Assembly: GCA_963712745.1 (NCBI GenBank)
Contig: CAVQJC010000006.1
Location: 1 to 64,000 of the forward strand
Source: an uncultured Chloroflexia bacterium
Lineage (GTDB): Bacteria; Chloroflexota; Limnocylindria; Limnocylindrales; CSP1-4
DNA: 64,000 bases
Direction: 5' to 3'
The translations under genes and the position numbers were made by a program. Under the pieces are notes generated by a model. That model saw only the letters and a program-made list of their open reading frames with translations, had not been told where the DNA came from and ran no database searches. Positions 20,245 through 31,400 of this stretch are shown piece after piece (within the stretch, counting starts at the first letter, position 1; each line of letters starts with the position of its first letter).

Positions 20245-20889
20245 CTATGCCAACGGGATCTCGGCGCCCGAGCCCTTCGATGCCTGGTAGATGGCCGAGA
20301 GCTCCGCATAGGTCGCGGACAGGTCGGCGACTCGCAGCCTGAAGCCCTCCCGGACGCCGGGTTCGCAGCCAACGATGAGGGCAGGGATGTGCCAGGCGCA
20401 CCAGTAGCGATTCCTGTGATCGTACTCGCCATCCTTGACCCGCCAGATCTCCTCGTTGAGGCGGATGTCGTGGGGGATGCTGAACGCATCCATCGTGTCC
20501 TCGTAGCTGAAGAGGTAGAAGAAGTTGTCCCACCCGCCCCAGGTCAGGCCGCCAAGGCAGAGCGGACATGGCTCATGAGTAGTGAGGAAGATGGTCTCGG
20601 CGGCAGGCGGTCGGTCGGTCGGCGGGATGTCGTAGAAAGCGTTGATGGTGGCGATCTCACCGTGGTTGAGGGGATTGACGCTCTCGCAATTCGTCACCGC
20701 CACGACCGTCGAGAGGTCCGACTTGCGCAGGACTGCCCCGCCGAAGATCTTGTTGCCGTCTCGAACGCCAGCCCGGGTCAGAGGCACGATCTGGTGCTCG
20801 ACGACGGCGAGGAGCCGGTCGATGAATGCCGTCAGGTCCTCGGTGATGCGAGCCAGGTCGGCCTCGCTCGGTGTTCGGATCTCGGTCAT
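20245..20889 (-). CDS. cytidine-deaminase-fold nucleoside/nucleobase deaminase
   Basis: 'GNKIFGGA', 'HGE', 'EPCPLC'. Confidence 0.88.
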   Translation of the reverse strand: MTEIRTPSEADLARITEDLTAFIDRLLAVVEHQIVPLTRAGVRDGNKIFGGAVLRKSDLSTVVAVTNCESVNPLNHGEIATINAFYDIPPTDRPPAAETIFLTTHEPCPLCLGGLTWGGWDNFFYLFSYEDTMDAFSIPHDIRLNEEIWRVKDGEYDHRNRYWCAWHIPALIVGCEPGVREGFRLRVADLSATYAELSAIYQASKGSGAEIPLA

Positions 20890-21100
20890 GCGGCGGGCCC
20901 CACTCGGCCCAGAACCTCCTGCTCCCAGGGTGGCGCGCGGTCTCCTGGCGCCGGCAGCGGTCCATCGCGCTCGGCCATGAGCCCGCTGACGTCGCTCACC
21001 TTACGCGAGCGGTGCCCTCGACGGTACGAGATCGGACGCCCTGGTTCAGCCAGCCTGTGCCAGACTGCGCCACCTCAAGTGACGGAGCGCGGATCTCCCC

Positions 21101-22258
21101 ATGGCCATCGACTTCAACCACAACGGCCGCCCGACCATCGGAGTCGAGCTGGAGCTTCACCTCGTCGACCGGCAGACAGGCGATCTCGTGTCGGCATCCA
21201 ACGAGATCCTCGCCGAGCTCGGTGCCGGCCATCCCGGTGGAGAGCACCCCAAGGCCAAGCACGAGCTCTTCCAGTCCACCGTCGAGATCATCACCGGCAT
21301 CTGCGAGACACCGGCTGAGGCCAAGGCCGACTTGCAGGCGACCCTGGACGAGCTTCGCGGGAGCACCGACCGGCGCGGTCTGCTGCTCGTCAGCTCAGGC
21401 ACGCATCCCTTCGGACTCGCGCGAGAGCAGCTCATCAGCCCCGATCCGCGCTACCGCGAGCTGGTGGAGGCGATGCAATGGCCGGCGCGGAGACTACTCA
21501 TCTGCGGGCTCCACGTCCACGTCGGAGTGAGAGACGGCGAGCGCGCCATCGCCATCATCAATGAGCTGCGCCGGAGCTTGCCGGTGTTCCTGGCGCTCTC
21601 GTCCTCGAGTCCCTACTTCGAAGGCGAGGATTCGGGACTGGCGTCCGCCCGTTCGAAGGTCTTCGAGCAGCTGCCGACCGCGGGCCTCCCGCCACAGCTG
21701 GCCGATTGGGTCGACTTCGAGGCGTTCATGTCGACGCTGCTGGATGCGAAGCTCATCAACTCCATCCGCGAGGTCTGGTGGGACATCCGCCCACATCCGG
21801 TCTTCGGGACCATCGAGCTGCGCATGTGTGACGCCACCCAGACGCTGACCGAAGCGGCATCGCTGGCCGCACTCGCACAGTGCCTGGTGACCTGGTGTGA
21901 CGAGCGTATCGATGCCGGCGACCTGCCGGAGCCGCCGCGCGAGTGGACCGTGCACGAGAACCGCTGGCTGGCTGGCCGCTTCGGCATCGACGCCGCGCTC
22001 ATCGTGGAGGATTCCGAGCACGGCAGCGGGGCCACACGACGGCCCGTGCGGGAGCTTGTCGCCGACCTGGTGGAGAAGCTCGAGCCGATCGCCGTCCGGC
22101 TGGGATGCCAGACAGAGCTGCACGGCCTGTTCGACATCCTCGAGCATGGCTCCGGCACCGTACGGCAACGGCGCCTCGTCAAGCAGGGGGCTATGCTGCG
22201 CGACGTGGTGTACGGACTGGCTCGCGAGCTCGCGGACGATCGACCGACACCGACGTGA
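21101..22258 (+). CDS. ybdK: glutamate--cysteine ligase GCS2 / carboxylate-amine ligase
   Basis: 'TIGVELE', 'GTHPF', 'GLHVHVG', 'SSSPY', 'WWDIRP', 'TIELRMCD'. Confidence 0.92.
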   Translation: MAIDFNHNGRPTIGVELELHLVDRQTGDLVSASNEILAELGAGHPGGEHPKAKHELFQSTVEIITGICETPAEAKADLQATLDELRGSTDRRGLLLVSSGTHPFGLAREQLISPDPRYRELVEAMQWPARRLLICGLHVHVGVRDGERAIAIINELRRSLPVFLALSSSSPYFEGEDSGLASARSKVFEQLPTAGLPPQLADWVDFEAFMSTLLDAKLINSIREVWWDIRPHPVFGTIELRMCDATQTLTEAASLAALAQCLVTWCDERIDAGDLPEPPREWTVHENRWLAGRFGIDAALIVEDSEHGSGATRRPVRELVADLVEKLEPIAVRLGCQTELHGLFDILEHGSGTVRQRRLVKQGAMLRDVVYGLARELADDRPTPT

Positions 22259-23511
22259 GCGGGGGACCAGGCAGGCCCGACCGGTCGGTCGAACGGTGGC
22301 TGGCGGAGCACGGCGAGGACCTCATCGCACTACGCCGACAGCTCCACGCTCACCCGGAGCTCAGTGGGCAGGAGAGGGCTACCACCGAACTCGTCGCCGA
22401 GCGGCTCCGGCTGGCCGGCCTTGAACCGCGCGTGCTCCGATCGGGCACCGGCCTCATCTGCGACCTCGACGACGGAGCTGTCGCGCTGCCTCGTCTGGCC
22501 TTCCGGGCCGACCTCGATGCGCTGGCCATGGAGGACGAGAAGGACGTGCACTATCGAAGCCGGGTGCCCGGTGTCGCGCACGGCTGCGGGCACGACGTTC
22601 ACACCGCGGTCGTGCTCGGAGCAGCGCTCCACTTCGCGCATCGTCGTGAAGAGCTGCCCGGACCGCTGCGCTTCGTCTTCCAGCCGGCCGAGGAAGCGGT
22701 ACCCGGTGGCGCCCTCGCGGCCATCGGCGATGGCGCCCTCGATGGTGTCGGCGCGATGCTGGGCTTCCACTGCCAGCCCAAGCTCGAGGCGGGGCGCATC
22801 GGCCTGAAGGCCGGGCCGATCTCGTCGGCGGCCGACATGGCCGCCATCACGCTCATCGGTCCGGGCGGGCACACGGCCCGGCCCGAGGAGACCGTGGACA
22901 TGGTCTCGCTGGCCTCGCGTATCGTCTCTGAGCTTCCTACTGCGGTGGCGGCGCGAGTGGACGATCCGGGCTCGGTGAGGGTCGCCTTCGGCATGATCCG
23001 GGCCGGCGACGCGGCCAATGTCATCCCTACCCATGCCAGATTGCTGGCCTCGGTGCGGACTCCATCGGTCAGGACCTGGCAGCAGCTCCCGTCAGCATTC
23101 GAAGCGGCTCTTGGGAAGCTGCTGAGCGGGACGGGTGCCGACCACTCGCTCGACTACACGCATGGCGTCCCGCCGGTGGTCAACGACGAGTCCATCACCG
23201 AGATCGTGCGCAGTGCGGCCATCGCCGAGCTGGGCGCCGACGCCGTCACGCCCGCGGAGCAAAGCTGGGGTGGGGATGACTTCGCCTGGTACACGCGGGA
23301 GACACCGGCCTCATTCATCCGTATCGGCGTCGGCGACCCCGCCCACCGTCGCCCGGTGCTGGATCTGCACACCGGCTCGTTCGATGTGGACGAGTCCGCC
23401 ATCGCGGTCGCGCTGCGTCTGCTGGTGGCCTCGACCTTCGAGTACTTCGCGCGCCGTCCCGACGCGCTGGGCCGTGATGGGGCTGGTGACCGGACAGCGC
23501 TGTTGCCGTGA
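22255..23511 (+). CDS. M20D family amidohydrolase
   Basis: 'HAHPELS', 'RADLDAL', 'HGCGHD', 'QPAEE', 'GGHTARP'; GTGA overlap with ybdK. Confidence 0.92.
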   Translation: MSGGPGRPDRSVERWLAEHGEDLIALRRQLHAHPELSGQERATTELVAERLRLAGLEPRVLRSGTGLICDLDDGAVALPRLAFRADLDALAMEDEKDVHYRSRVPGVAHGCGHDVHTAVVLGAALHFAHRREELPGPLRFVFQPAEEAVPGGALAAIGDGALDGVGAMLGFHCQPKLEAGRIGLKAGPISSAADMAAITLIGPGGHTARPEETVDMVSLASRIVSELPTAVAARVDDPGSVRVAFGMIRAGDAANVIPTHARLLASVRTPSVRTWQQLPSAFEAALGKLLSGTGADHSLDYTHGVPPVVNDESITEIVRSAAIAELGADAVTPAEQSWGGDDFAWYTRETPASFIRIGVGDPAHRRPVLDLHTGSFDVDESAIAVALRLLVASTFEYFARRPDALGRDGAGDRTALLP

Positions 23512-23600
23512 TGAGCGAAAGGCGTTCGATCTGGGGTCGAGTCGGTGCGGCCACCTCGCGCACCGTACCCTAGGGACAACGCGCAGCTCCAAGGAGGCCC

Positions 23601-24803
23601 GTGGATAGGAATCCCATCATCGACATGCTCGGCCGTCCGCTCCGCCTGGCCGTGATCGGTGGCGGACCGGGCAGCTTCATCGGGGCCATGCATCGCGCGG
23701 CCGCACGCATCGACGGCCGCTATGAGCTGGTCGCCGGCGTGGTCTCGACCGACCCCCAGCGTTCCCAGGCAGCCGCCACCAACATGGGCATCGACCCGAC
23801 TCGCGCCTACGGCGACGCCATGGCCATGCTCGAGGCCGAGCGCGAACGCGATGATGGTGCCGAGGTCGTGGCCATCATGACCCCCAACGACAGCCACCAT
23901 CGATACGCCATGGCCGCGCTCGATCGCGGCTTCGACGTCATCTGCGACAAGCCCATGACCAACACGGTCGAGGAGGCGCTGGACATCGTCGAGAAGGTCG
24001 ACGCCACCGGGCTGACGTTCTGCCTCACGCACAACTACACCGGCTATCCGATGGTGCGACAGGCCCGCGCGCTCGTCGAGGATGGGCGACTGGGGCAGAT
24101 CAGGCTGGTCCAGGTCGAATACGTGCAGGGCGGCAAGGCCGATGAAGTCGACCCGGACCCCGCCGACGGCCTGCCCTGGCGCTACCACCCGGTCAGGGGT
24201 GGACCGTCGCTGGTGATGGGTGACATCGGCACGCACGCGCACAACCTCGCGCGCTTCGTGAGCGGCCTGGAGGTCTCGGAGGTCGCCGCGGAGATCGGAC
24301 ACGTGATCCCGGAACGCCCCGTGGACGACTACGGCGCGGCCATGCTCCGCTTCGACAACGGGGCGCGCGGGACCTTCTGGGTGACGCAGACTGCGGCCGG
24401 CGTCGAGAACGGTCTCAGGATCCGCGTGTCGGGCACGAAGGGCAGCCTCGAATGGCACCAGGAGCGACCGACCCGGCTCACCTTCAAGCCGCTGGGAGCG
24501 CCGGCGCGCGTGTATACGCCGAATGGACCGGGGATCCTGCCGGCTTCGGCACGATCCTGCCGGATCGTGGCCGGTCACCCGGAGGGCTTCCACGAGGCCT
24601 TCGCCAACATCTACTCCGACGCTGCCGAGGTCATCGCCGCGAGGCGGGCGGGCGTGGAGGCGGACCCGATGGCGTTCTGGTTCCCCAACCACCGCGACGG
24701 CGCTATCGGGGTCAAGTTCGTCGAGGCCGCGGTGGCCTCGAGTCGTGCCAACGGCGCCTGGACGCGCGCCGAGCTCTCATTCGAGGAGGTACAGGATGCG
24801 TGA
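23601..24803 (+). CDS. Gfo/Idh/MocA family oxidoreductase
   Basis: 'IGGGPGSFIG', 'TPNDSH', 'CDKP', 'DIGTH', 'GHPEG'. Confidence 0.93.
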   Translation: MDRNPIIDMLGRPLRLAVIGGGPGSFIGAMHRAAARIDGRYELVAGVVSTDPQRSQAAATNMGIDPTRAYGDAMAMLEAERERDDGAEVVAIMTPNDSHHRYAMAALDRGFDVICDKPMTNTVEEALDIVEKVDATGLTFCLTHNYTGYPMVRQARALVEDGRLGQIRLVQVEYVQGGKADEVDPDPADGLPWRYHPVRGGPSLVMGDIGTHAHNLARFVSGLEVSEVAAEIGHVIPERPVDDYGAAMLRFDNGARGTFWVTQTAAGVENGLRIRVSGTKGSLEWHQERPTRLTFKPLGAPARVYTPNGPGILPASARSCRIVAGHPEGFHEAFANIYSDAAEVIAARRAGVEADPMAFWFPNHRDGAIGVKFVEAAVASSRANGAWTRAELSFEEVQDA

Positions 24804-25206
24804 TCGCCAGGAGATCGGATACACCGAGGCACGTCAGCTGGTGGGAGCGGTGGCCGAACGCCTCGAGGCCGAGGGGAAGGGCGCGGCGGTGGCCGTGGTC
24901 GACCCGCACGGAGAGCTTCTTGCCTTCCTGCGCACGGACGGGTGCCCCTTGCCCTCGATCAAGATCGCCATGGGCAAGGCGTTCACGGCCGCCCGTGAGC
25001 GTTCCGAGTCGAGAGCCCTTGGGGACAAGGCACGAGCCGAGGACTTCCCGCTCACCAACTTCGGGGAGCTGGGCTACATCGGCTGGGGCGGAGGCGTACC
25101 CATCCTCGTCGATGGCGAGGTCATCGGAGCCATCGGTATCAGTGGTCTGCCGGAAGCAGACGACATGGAACTCGCACGTTGGGCCGCGGCCGTTCTCGCG
25201 CCGTGA
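24796..25206 (+). CDS. GlcG/HbpS family heme-binding protein
   Basis: 'VAVVDPHG', 'KAFTA', 'GGGVPI', 'GAIGISG'. Confidence 0.9.
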   Translation: MRDRQEIGYTEARQLVGAVAERLEAEGKGAAVAVVDPHGELLAFLRTDGCPLPSIKIAMGKAFTAARERSESRALGDKARAEDFPLTNFGELGYIGWGGGVPILVDGEVIGAIGISGLPEADDMELARWAAAVLAP

Positions 25207-26144
25207 TCCAACCCGCCGCGCCCGTGAAGGTCGGCGCTCTCGCCTGGAACCAGTACACCGACTGGCCCGCCATACGTGATTTCGCGGTGCGCGCGGACGC
25301 GCTCGGCTACGACTCGCTGTGGACGTGGGATCACCTCTACCCCATCATCGGCGACCCGGCCGGGTCGTTCCTCGAGGGGTACATGGTCCTGGCCGGCTGG
25401 AGCCAGCACACCGAGCGAGCCACTATCGGCCTGCTGGTCGGCGCCAACACCTTCCGCAACCCGGGCCTGGTGGTGAAGATGGTCACGACGCTGGACCATC
25501 TTTCGGAGGGTCGCGCCGTGCTCGGCATCGGCGGGGCCTGGTTCGAGACCGAGCACACGGCCTTCGGCATCGAGTTCGGCAGCGGCGTCGGGGAGCGCCT
25601 CGACTGGCTCGACGAGTCGGTCCAGCTCATGCACGACATGCTGCGCGACGGGGTCGCTACCGCCCGGGGCGAGCATTACCACGCAGTCGAGGTGCGCAAC
25701 GATCCGGCTCCGCTGCAGGCGAGGCCGCCCATCCTGGTCGGCGGCGCCGGCGAGAAGAAGACGTTGAGGACCGTGGCTCGCTTCGCCGATGCCTGGAACG
25801 TCGCCCAGGTGACACCGGAGGAGGCCGCCGCCAAGGACGCCGTCCTGCGCCGGTGGTGTGACGAGGTCGGTCGCGACCCGAACGAGATCGAGCGCACGCT
25901 GAGTCTTGGCCCGATGCTCATCCGCGAGGACCCGACGGAGGCGAAGGCAGTGATAAGGCGGTTCCACGAGTCGAACCCGAAGATGGAGCGCGAGGTGCTG
26001 TCCGGATCGGCTGATGAGATCGCCGCGCTATGCCAGCGCTATGTCGATGTCGGCTTCCGACACCTCATCTTCCACTCGCCCACGCCCTACGACGGGGAGA
26101 CACTGGAGCGCTTCGCCATGGAGGTGCGGCCGAGCCTGTCGTAG
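25203..26144 (+). CDS. LLM class (probably F420-dependent) oxidoreductase
   Basis: 'SLWTWDH', 'NTFRNP', 'GIGGAWFETEH', 'GGAGEKKTL'. Confidence 0.88.
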   Translation: MIQPAAPVKVGALAWNQYTDWPAIRDFAVRADALGYDSLWTWDHLYPIIGDPAGSFLEGYMVLAGWSQHTERATIGLLVGANTFRNPGLVVKMVTTLDHLSEGRAVLGIGGAWFETEHTAFGIEFGSGVGERLDWLDESVQLMHDMLRDGVATARGEHYHAVEVRNDPAPLQARPPILVGGAGEKKTLRTVARFADAWNVAQVTPEEAAAKDAVLRRWCDEVGRDPNEIERTLSLGPMLIREDPTEAKAVIRRFHESNPKMEREVLSGSADEIAALCQRYVDVGFRHLIFHSPTPYDGETLERFAMEVRPSLS

Positions 26145-26216
26145 GCGGCGGGTCACCGAGGGCCCGAGTCCTTCGGCCCAGCGTAGTCTTCAGCCCAGCG
26201 TCGGCCTTCGGCCGTC

Positions 26217-28067
26217 CTACGGCTCGGACCGTTCGAACCTCGTGAACGTGGCCTCGCCGCCCGGTCCGCGTGCCGTGTAGGAGGCGGCGCGCCCATCCTG
26301 CACCTCGAAGCTGATGGTGACCGTCGGGTTCAAGCGAACCCGCCAGGCACCCTCGGCATCCGGCGGGAAGAGTGCCACTGGTTCGTCGGTCTCCGGGATG
26401 CGTAGCGCCAGGCGGCCTGCCTGGTGGACCACCTCCACCTCGCGGCCGGTCTCCGCATCGCGGAACCAGCCCAGGTACGGCTCTACCTCGTCGAGCCCGA
26501 GCATCACCTCTGACTCGGGGTCAGGCCCACCGCGGGGGAGGTCGATGACCTCGCCACCCTGATGGATACGCAGGCCGACCACGCCCCCGGCTTCGTCGCG
26601 CACGAACGAGATAGCCACGCCGGGGTCTTCGCGCAGCGTCCACCGCTCCTGCTCGCCGGCTCGGTCGAGGGCGAAGATGAACTGGCTGGGGATGTCAAGC
26701 GCCAGGCTCCCGTGCCGCCACAAGATGTCGAACGGCTGGTTCACGAACGGCCCGAAGTCCGCGGTGTACGTACCCAGGTAGTCGGCGAACTCGGCGGGCA
26801 TCTCCGGGCCCGCGTCCGCCGGGGGATCCAGCAGCAGGCGCTGGATCTCCTCTTCGAGTCGGATGGCCGTGGCGCCTCCACGCGACTGCGTGAAGTACAG
26901 GATCATCAGGTCCCGGTCGGGCCAGGCCCAGGCGATGGTGCCGTCTGAACCGCTGTAGCCGACGATGGTCGGCTCAGCGCCCGGCGGTGGCGCCCCGTCG
27001 ACCGGGGCCCCCGCCACGTGCAGGAGGGCCATCTGCCCGTGGTATGCGGTCAGGCCCGGGAACCGCGTGGGATACGGAGCGTCCAAGCCCAGCGTCTTCA
27101 TGAGGTCGCGGGGTGTGAGGATCCGGGCCACTGCCTCCGGCGTAAGGATCCGAGTGTCGCCAGAGACGCCCTCGTCCATCCACACGGCCAGGAACCGCGC
27201 GTAGTCGAGCGGCGTGCTGTAGAGGCTCTGCGAGCCCCAGGCGTACGGATAGAACGGCTCGTCATCGGGTCCCCAGAACCGATCCCAGTTGCCCACACCA
27301 CCGACGTAGAGGCTGGCAACGCGTTCCAGTCGTGGGTCGGTCGGGTCGCCGAGGTAGAGCGAATCCTCCATCCCCAGAGGCGCCAGCAGGCGCTCGCCCA
27401 CGAACTCGTCGAGCGATGATCCCGATGCCTGCTCCACGATGGCCCCGAGCGCATCGGCCCCCGCATCGCTGTACCAGAACTTGCTGCCGGGATCGAACTC
27501 GGGGCCGCTCTCGCCGGTGGCGTTGGCCATGGCGTACAGGCTCTCGTGGTCGCGTGTGCCCTGTAGCGTCGTGAGCGGTAGACCACTGCGGTGCGTGAGC
27601 AGCTGTTCGACCGTGATCGCCCGGGATGCGTCGTTGTCAAACCCGGGCAGGTAGTCCGAGGCACGATCGTCGAGCGCCAGTCTTCCCTCGTCGATCAGCA
27701 GCTGGATGGCCGCTCCGGTGATCGGCTTGGTCATCGAACGGATGTTGAACAGCGTGTTCGGCTCCATCGGGACCCCGGCCTCGCGGTCCCGCAGGCCGAA
27801 GGCCTCGTGCAGCACCGTGTGGCGGTTCTTGATGACGACCAGCTCGGCCCCGACGGCCATGTCCCGGTCGATGTAGCCGCTGACGACATCGGCCAGCGCC
27901 TGTAGCGCTGCGGAAGACATGCCCTGGCTCTCCGGCGTCGCCTCGGGGAAGGCGACTTGCGCCCGGACCGACGTGTGCGATGTCGCAAGTGCCAGAAGCG
28001 CGGCCAAGACGACGGCGACGATGGCCCGTGGGACCAGGAAGCCATCGACGTGCCACATCCGATACAT
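26217..28067 (-). CDS. secreted serine hydrolase (beta-lactamase family) with two C-terminal DUF3471-like domains
   Basis: GGGGAGG RBS before ATG 28067; signal peptide; SxxK 'SMTK'; 'LLTHRSG'; 'YSD'. Confidence 0.88.
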   Translation of the reverse strand: MYRMWHVDGFLVPRAIVAVVLAALLALATSHTSVRAQVAFPEATPESQGMSSAALQALADVVSGYIDRDMAVGAELVVIKNRHTVLHEAFGLRDREAGVPMEPNTLFNIRSMTKPITGAAIQLLIDEGRLALDDRASDYLPGFDNDASRAITVEQLLTHRSGLPLTTLQGTRDHESLYAMANATGESGPEFDPGSKFWYSDAGADALGAIVEQASGSSLDEFVGERLLAPLGMEDSLYLGDPTDPRLERVASLYVGGVGNWDRFWGPDDEPFYPYAWGSQSLYSTPLDYARFLAVWMDEGVSGDTRILTPEAVARILTPRDLMKTLGLDAPYPTRFPGLTAYHGQMALLHVAGAPVDGAPPPGAEPTIVGYSGSDGTIAWAWPDRDLMILYFTQSRGGATAIRLEEEIQRLLLDPPADAGPEMPAEFADYLGTYTADFGPFVNQPFDILWRHGSLALDIPSQFIFALDRAGEQERWTLREDPGVAISFVRDEAGGVVGLRIHQGGEVIDLPRGGPDPESEVMLGLDEVEPYLGWFRDAETGREVEVVHQAGRLALRIPETDEPVALFPPDAEGAWRVRLNPTVTISFEVQDGRAASYTARGPGGEATFTRFERSEP

Positions 28068-28404
28068 GGAGAACCTCCCCTCAATAGACGACACCCGAAC
28101 ACTAGGGAGGTGGAGCACGACACCGAAGTGCCGGACGTCATCTCCCGCGCATTGCACAGGTCGCGACCAGGCCCGAACCTCGCGTTGCCGGACGTGCGTC
28201 TCCGCTCCCCGTCGCAGGGCGTGACGGCGGCGCCGTCTCGCAGGTGGTGCGCCGGTGGCAGCGGACGGTTGCATGTCGGCATGGACCCGGGCACACTCGG
28301 AGATAGCGGGAGGCTGTGAGGCAGGGTCCGTTGATGTGGCCGCCCGGGACCCGGCTGAGCCACTGGCGAACCCGGCCCGCGCAGCAGCCTTTGGGGGGCG
28401 TGTC

Positions 28405-31400
28405 ATGCGGGCACTGTGGCTGTCCCGGGTGGGGACGATCATCCTGGTGCTGGCCGCCGGGTCGAGCGCGACGGGAATCACGCTTGGCGCATCGGACACC
28501 TCGTCGTCGCCTGCGGATTTCCTGGCCGACGTGCGCTGGGAGTCCATGGCAGGACCGCCCGGCGCCGGGTATGTCGTCCAGCTGGTGCAGACGACCAGGC
28601 CCACCCATACCCTCTACGCCGTTACCCAGGACGCGACCTACCAGTCGGCCGACAAGGGCGAGACCTGGAGCACGGTCCCCGGCCTCGACCGCATCCGGGT
28701 CGCCTCGCTGGCCGTCCGCGGCGGCGATGTCATCGCCTGCGGGGATGGCGTCCACGAGCTGACCGGCCAGGGGACCCGGCGGCTGCTCCCGGAGCCCTGC
28801 GAGACGGTCGGCGCCGACCGGGACACCATCGTCATGACTCGGGGCTCTGGCAGCAAGACCGGTGTGGTGGTCAAGCGCCTGGACGGGACCGGGGCCTGGC
28901 AGGATCTGTCGCCGCGCGCTGCCGACCTCGCGGGCCTGGTACTACCTCCCCCTGGCCGGCCCTCGGGAGTCTCGGCCGGGCCCATCGCCCCGGTGGGAGA
29001 TGACATCCTCGCCGGCTTCCGAGTGTGGGTCGATGCTGCGGCGGAACTCGAGAACGGCGGGCTGTACCGCTGGGACGACGGCGCGGCCACCTGGTCCCAG
29101 GTCCAGCTGCCGACGCCCGGGGGCGTCGTTCTGGCACGGCTGATCACCGACCCGAAGCACCCGCGCCGGGTCATCGCGACCTTCCGTGATCCGTTCCTGC
29201 ACGAGGTGCAGCACACCATCTCTCGACTGGTCTTCGAGTCTCGCGACGGAGGCCTGACATGGTCGCCGCTGACGGACGCGACGGTACGATCGAACGGGGT
29301 GACCGATGTCGTGAACGTGGGCCGATCGCGCTACCTGGTGGACCCCAGTGACCGGTACATGGTGCGCGTCAGGGGTTCGGGCTGGAAGGTACTCCCAGCG
29401 CCTGCCGTGAAGGGCATCCCCGGAGGCAGTGTCGGCCTCGAGACGCTCCTCATCGATCCGGCCGATCCCAAGACCGCCTACGGCCTGACAGGGTCCGCCT
29501 GGGAGCTGGGCCTGGTCAGGTCCACCGATGGCCTGAAGAGCTGGCACAAGATGGACGGCACTATCGTCAGATCATCGCCCACCATCGTGGTCAGCGACCC
29601 GCGCGACCCCGCGGTCCTGCTGACCTCGGGGAACATCATCCAGGAGTCGTATGCCACGCGCGACGACGGGAAGACGTGGTCGCTCTTCTCACCCACGACG
29701 TCCGGCGACGAGGTGCGCATCGACCCACATGACCCGGACCACCTCCTCGTCGTGGACGAGATGACGAACCTGTTCGAATCGCTCGACGGCGGGCGCTCGT
29801 TCGACCAGATCGCGACCGAGTTCGGTGGTGCCAAGGTGCTGGACTTCGAGGTCGCGCGGGACGACCCGGACCTCATCTACGTCTCCAACCTGGGCGTGGG
29901 GATCTCACGCTTCGGCGGGGGTGAAGCACAGCACCTCACCAACTCGCCCGACTACGCCTACGACATCGAGATCGACCCCGATGACAGCCGCATCCTCTAC
30001 GCCACCAACTCGCCCAAGAAGTTCGAGAACCATTCCTCCGTGTGGCGATACCGACCCGATCAGGTCACGGACTTCGGCTGGAGCGAGATCCTGCGGGTGG
30101 AGGATTCGGCCGGCATCACGTCCCTTCGCTTCGATCCGGCGGATTCCGACACGTTGTACGCAGGGGTCACCGGCTCGCACGGAAGCGTGTGGGTCAGCCG
30201 GGACCGGGGTAGCACCTGGGCGGAGCTGAACCCGGCGCTCACCTTCACCAGCGTGCAGGGACACTCCCAGCTTGAGGTGGTTCCCGGTGCTCAGGACACG
30301 GTCCTCGCGGGCACCTGGGGTGGCGGCAGCTTCCGCTCGAGTGACAGCGGGCGGTCATGGACCATGCTCGACCACGAGCACACCTTCTCTCCCACCTGCA
30401 TCGAGGCCTGGCCCGCCGACCCGAGCGTGGTCTACGCCTGCGATCGCACATCGGCCAAGATCCACAAGTCGACCGATGGCGGGACCACCTGGCAGGAGTA
30501 CTTCGACTTCGGTCCCGGTCACCTCACCACCACAGCCCTGGCCATCGATCCCGATGACCCCGACCTCATCTATGCGGCCGCCTTCCGCCCACCAGCTGCC
30601 ATGCTGGGGAGCCTGTTCAGGATCCGGGCCGGTGTGATGGAGGCCGACCTCGGCGCAGACCTGCCACGGGCGGTGCTCGACATCGAGATCGATGCGCAGA
30701 CGCCGGCCACGCTCTACGTGACCACGCACCTCCACGGGCTCTTCATCAGCGACGATGCGGGAGCGTCCTGGACCCGACTCGATGACCGGGGTACGGGATT
30801 GCCGCGGACCGGCTACCTCGATGTCGACATCGACCCGCGTGATCCGCGAACGTTGTACGCCACCAGCCTCTGCGGCCCCATCCCCGGCTACGTCATCGAC
30901 CCGCTGCGTGACGTGCTCAGCCGCAGCGAGCGTTTCCGCAACATCGACCCGGCGGCGAAGTGTGGCCTCTACAGGAGCACCGACCGCGGGCAGAGCTGGG
31001 CGCTCCTCCTGGAGACAGTCGGAGCGGCCAACGCCATCGAAGTGTCGCCGACTCTTCCCGGTAGCCTGTACGTCGCCGACGGCGGCGCTGGAGTGTGGGT
31101 CAGCCGCGACGACGGCGCCAGCTGGCGCCAGGAGAACACCGGCCTCGGAACCACCAGCGTCACCGCGGTCGCCGCCGGCGAGGATGGCATCTATGCCGGT
31201 ACCCAGGGGTCGGGCGTGTTCGTCGGTGCCCTCGGTGCGGATGGGGCCATCAGCTGGGACGGTGCGGCTGGGCCACGTGTCCGCGTCCACCGCATCCAGA
31301 TCGAGGTCGACCCTCGCGATCCGGACCGCCTCTACGCATCGGCCTACCCGGGGGGCGTGCTGCGCAGCGACGATGGCGGCCGCACCTGGAGCGCCAAGAA

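Noticed and set aside
28068-28604. Long N-terminal extensions of the 795-aa and 1601-aa ORFs
   Set aside because: They overlap each other head to head; starts with RBS and signal peptides lie at 28067 and 28405.
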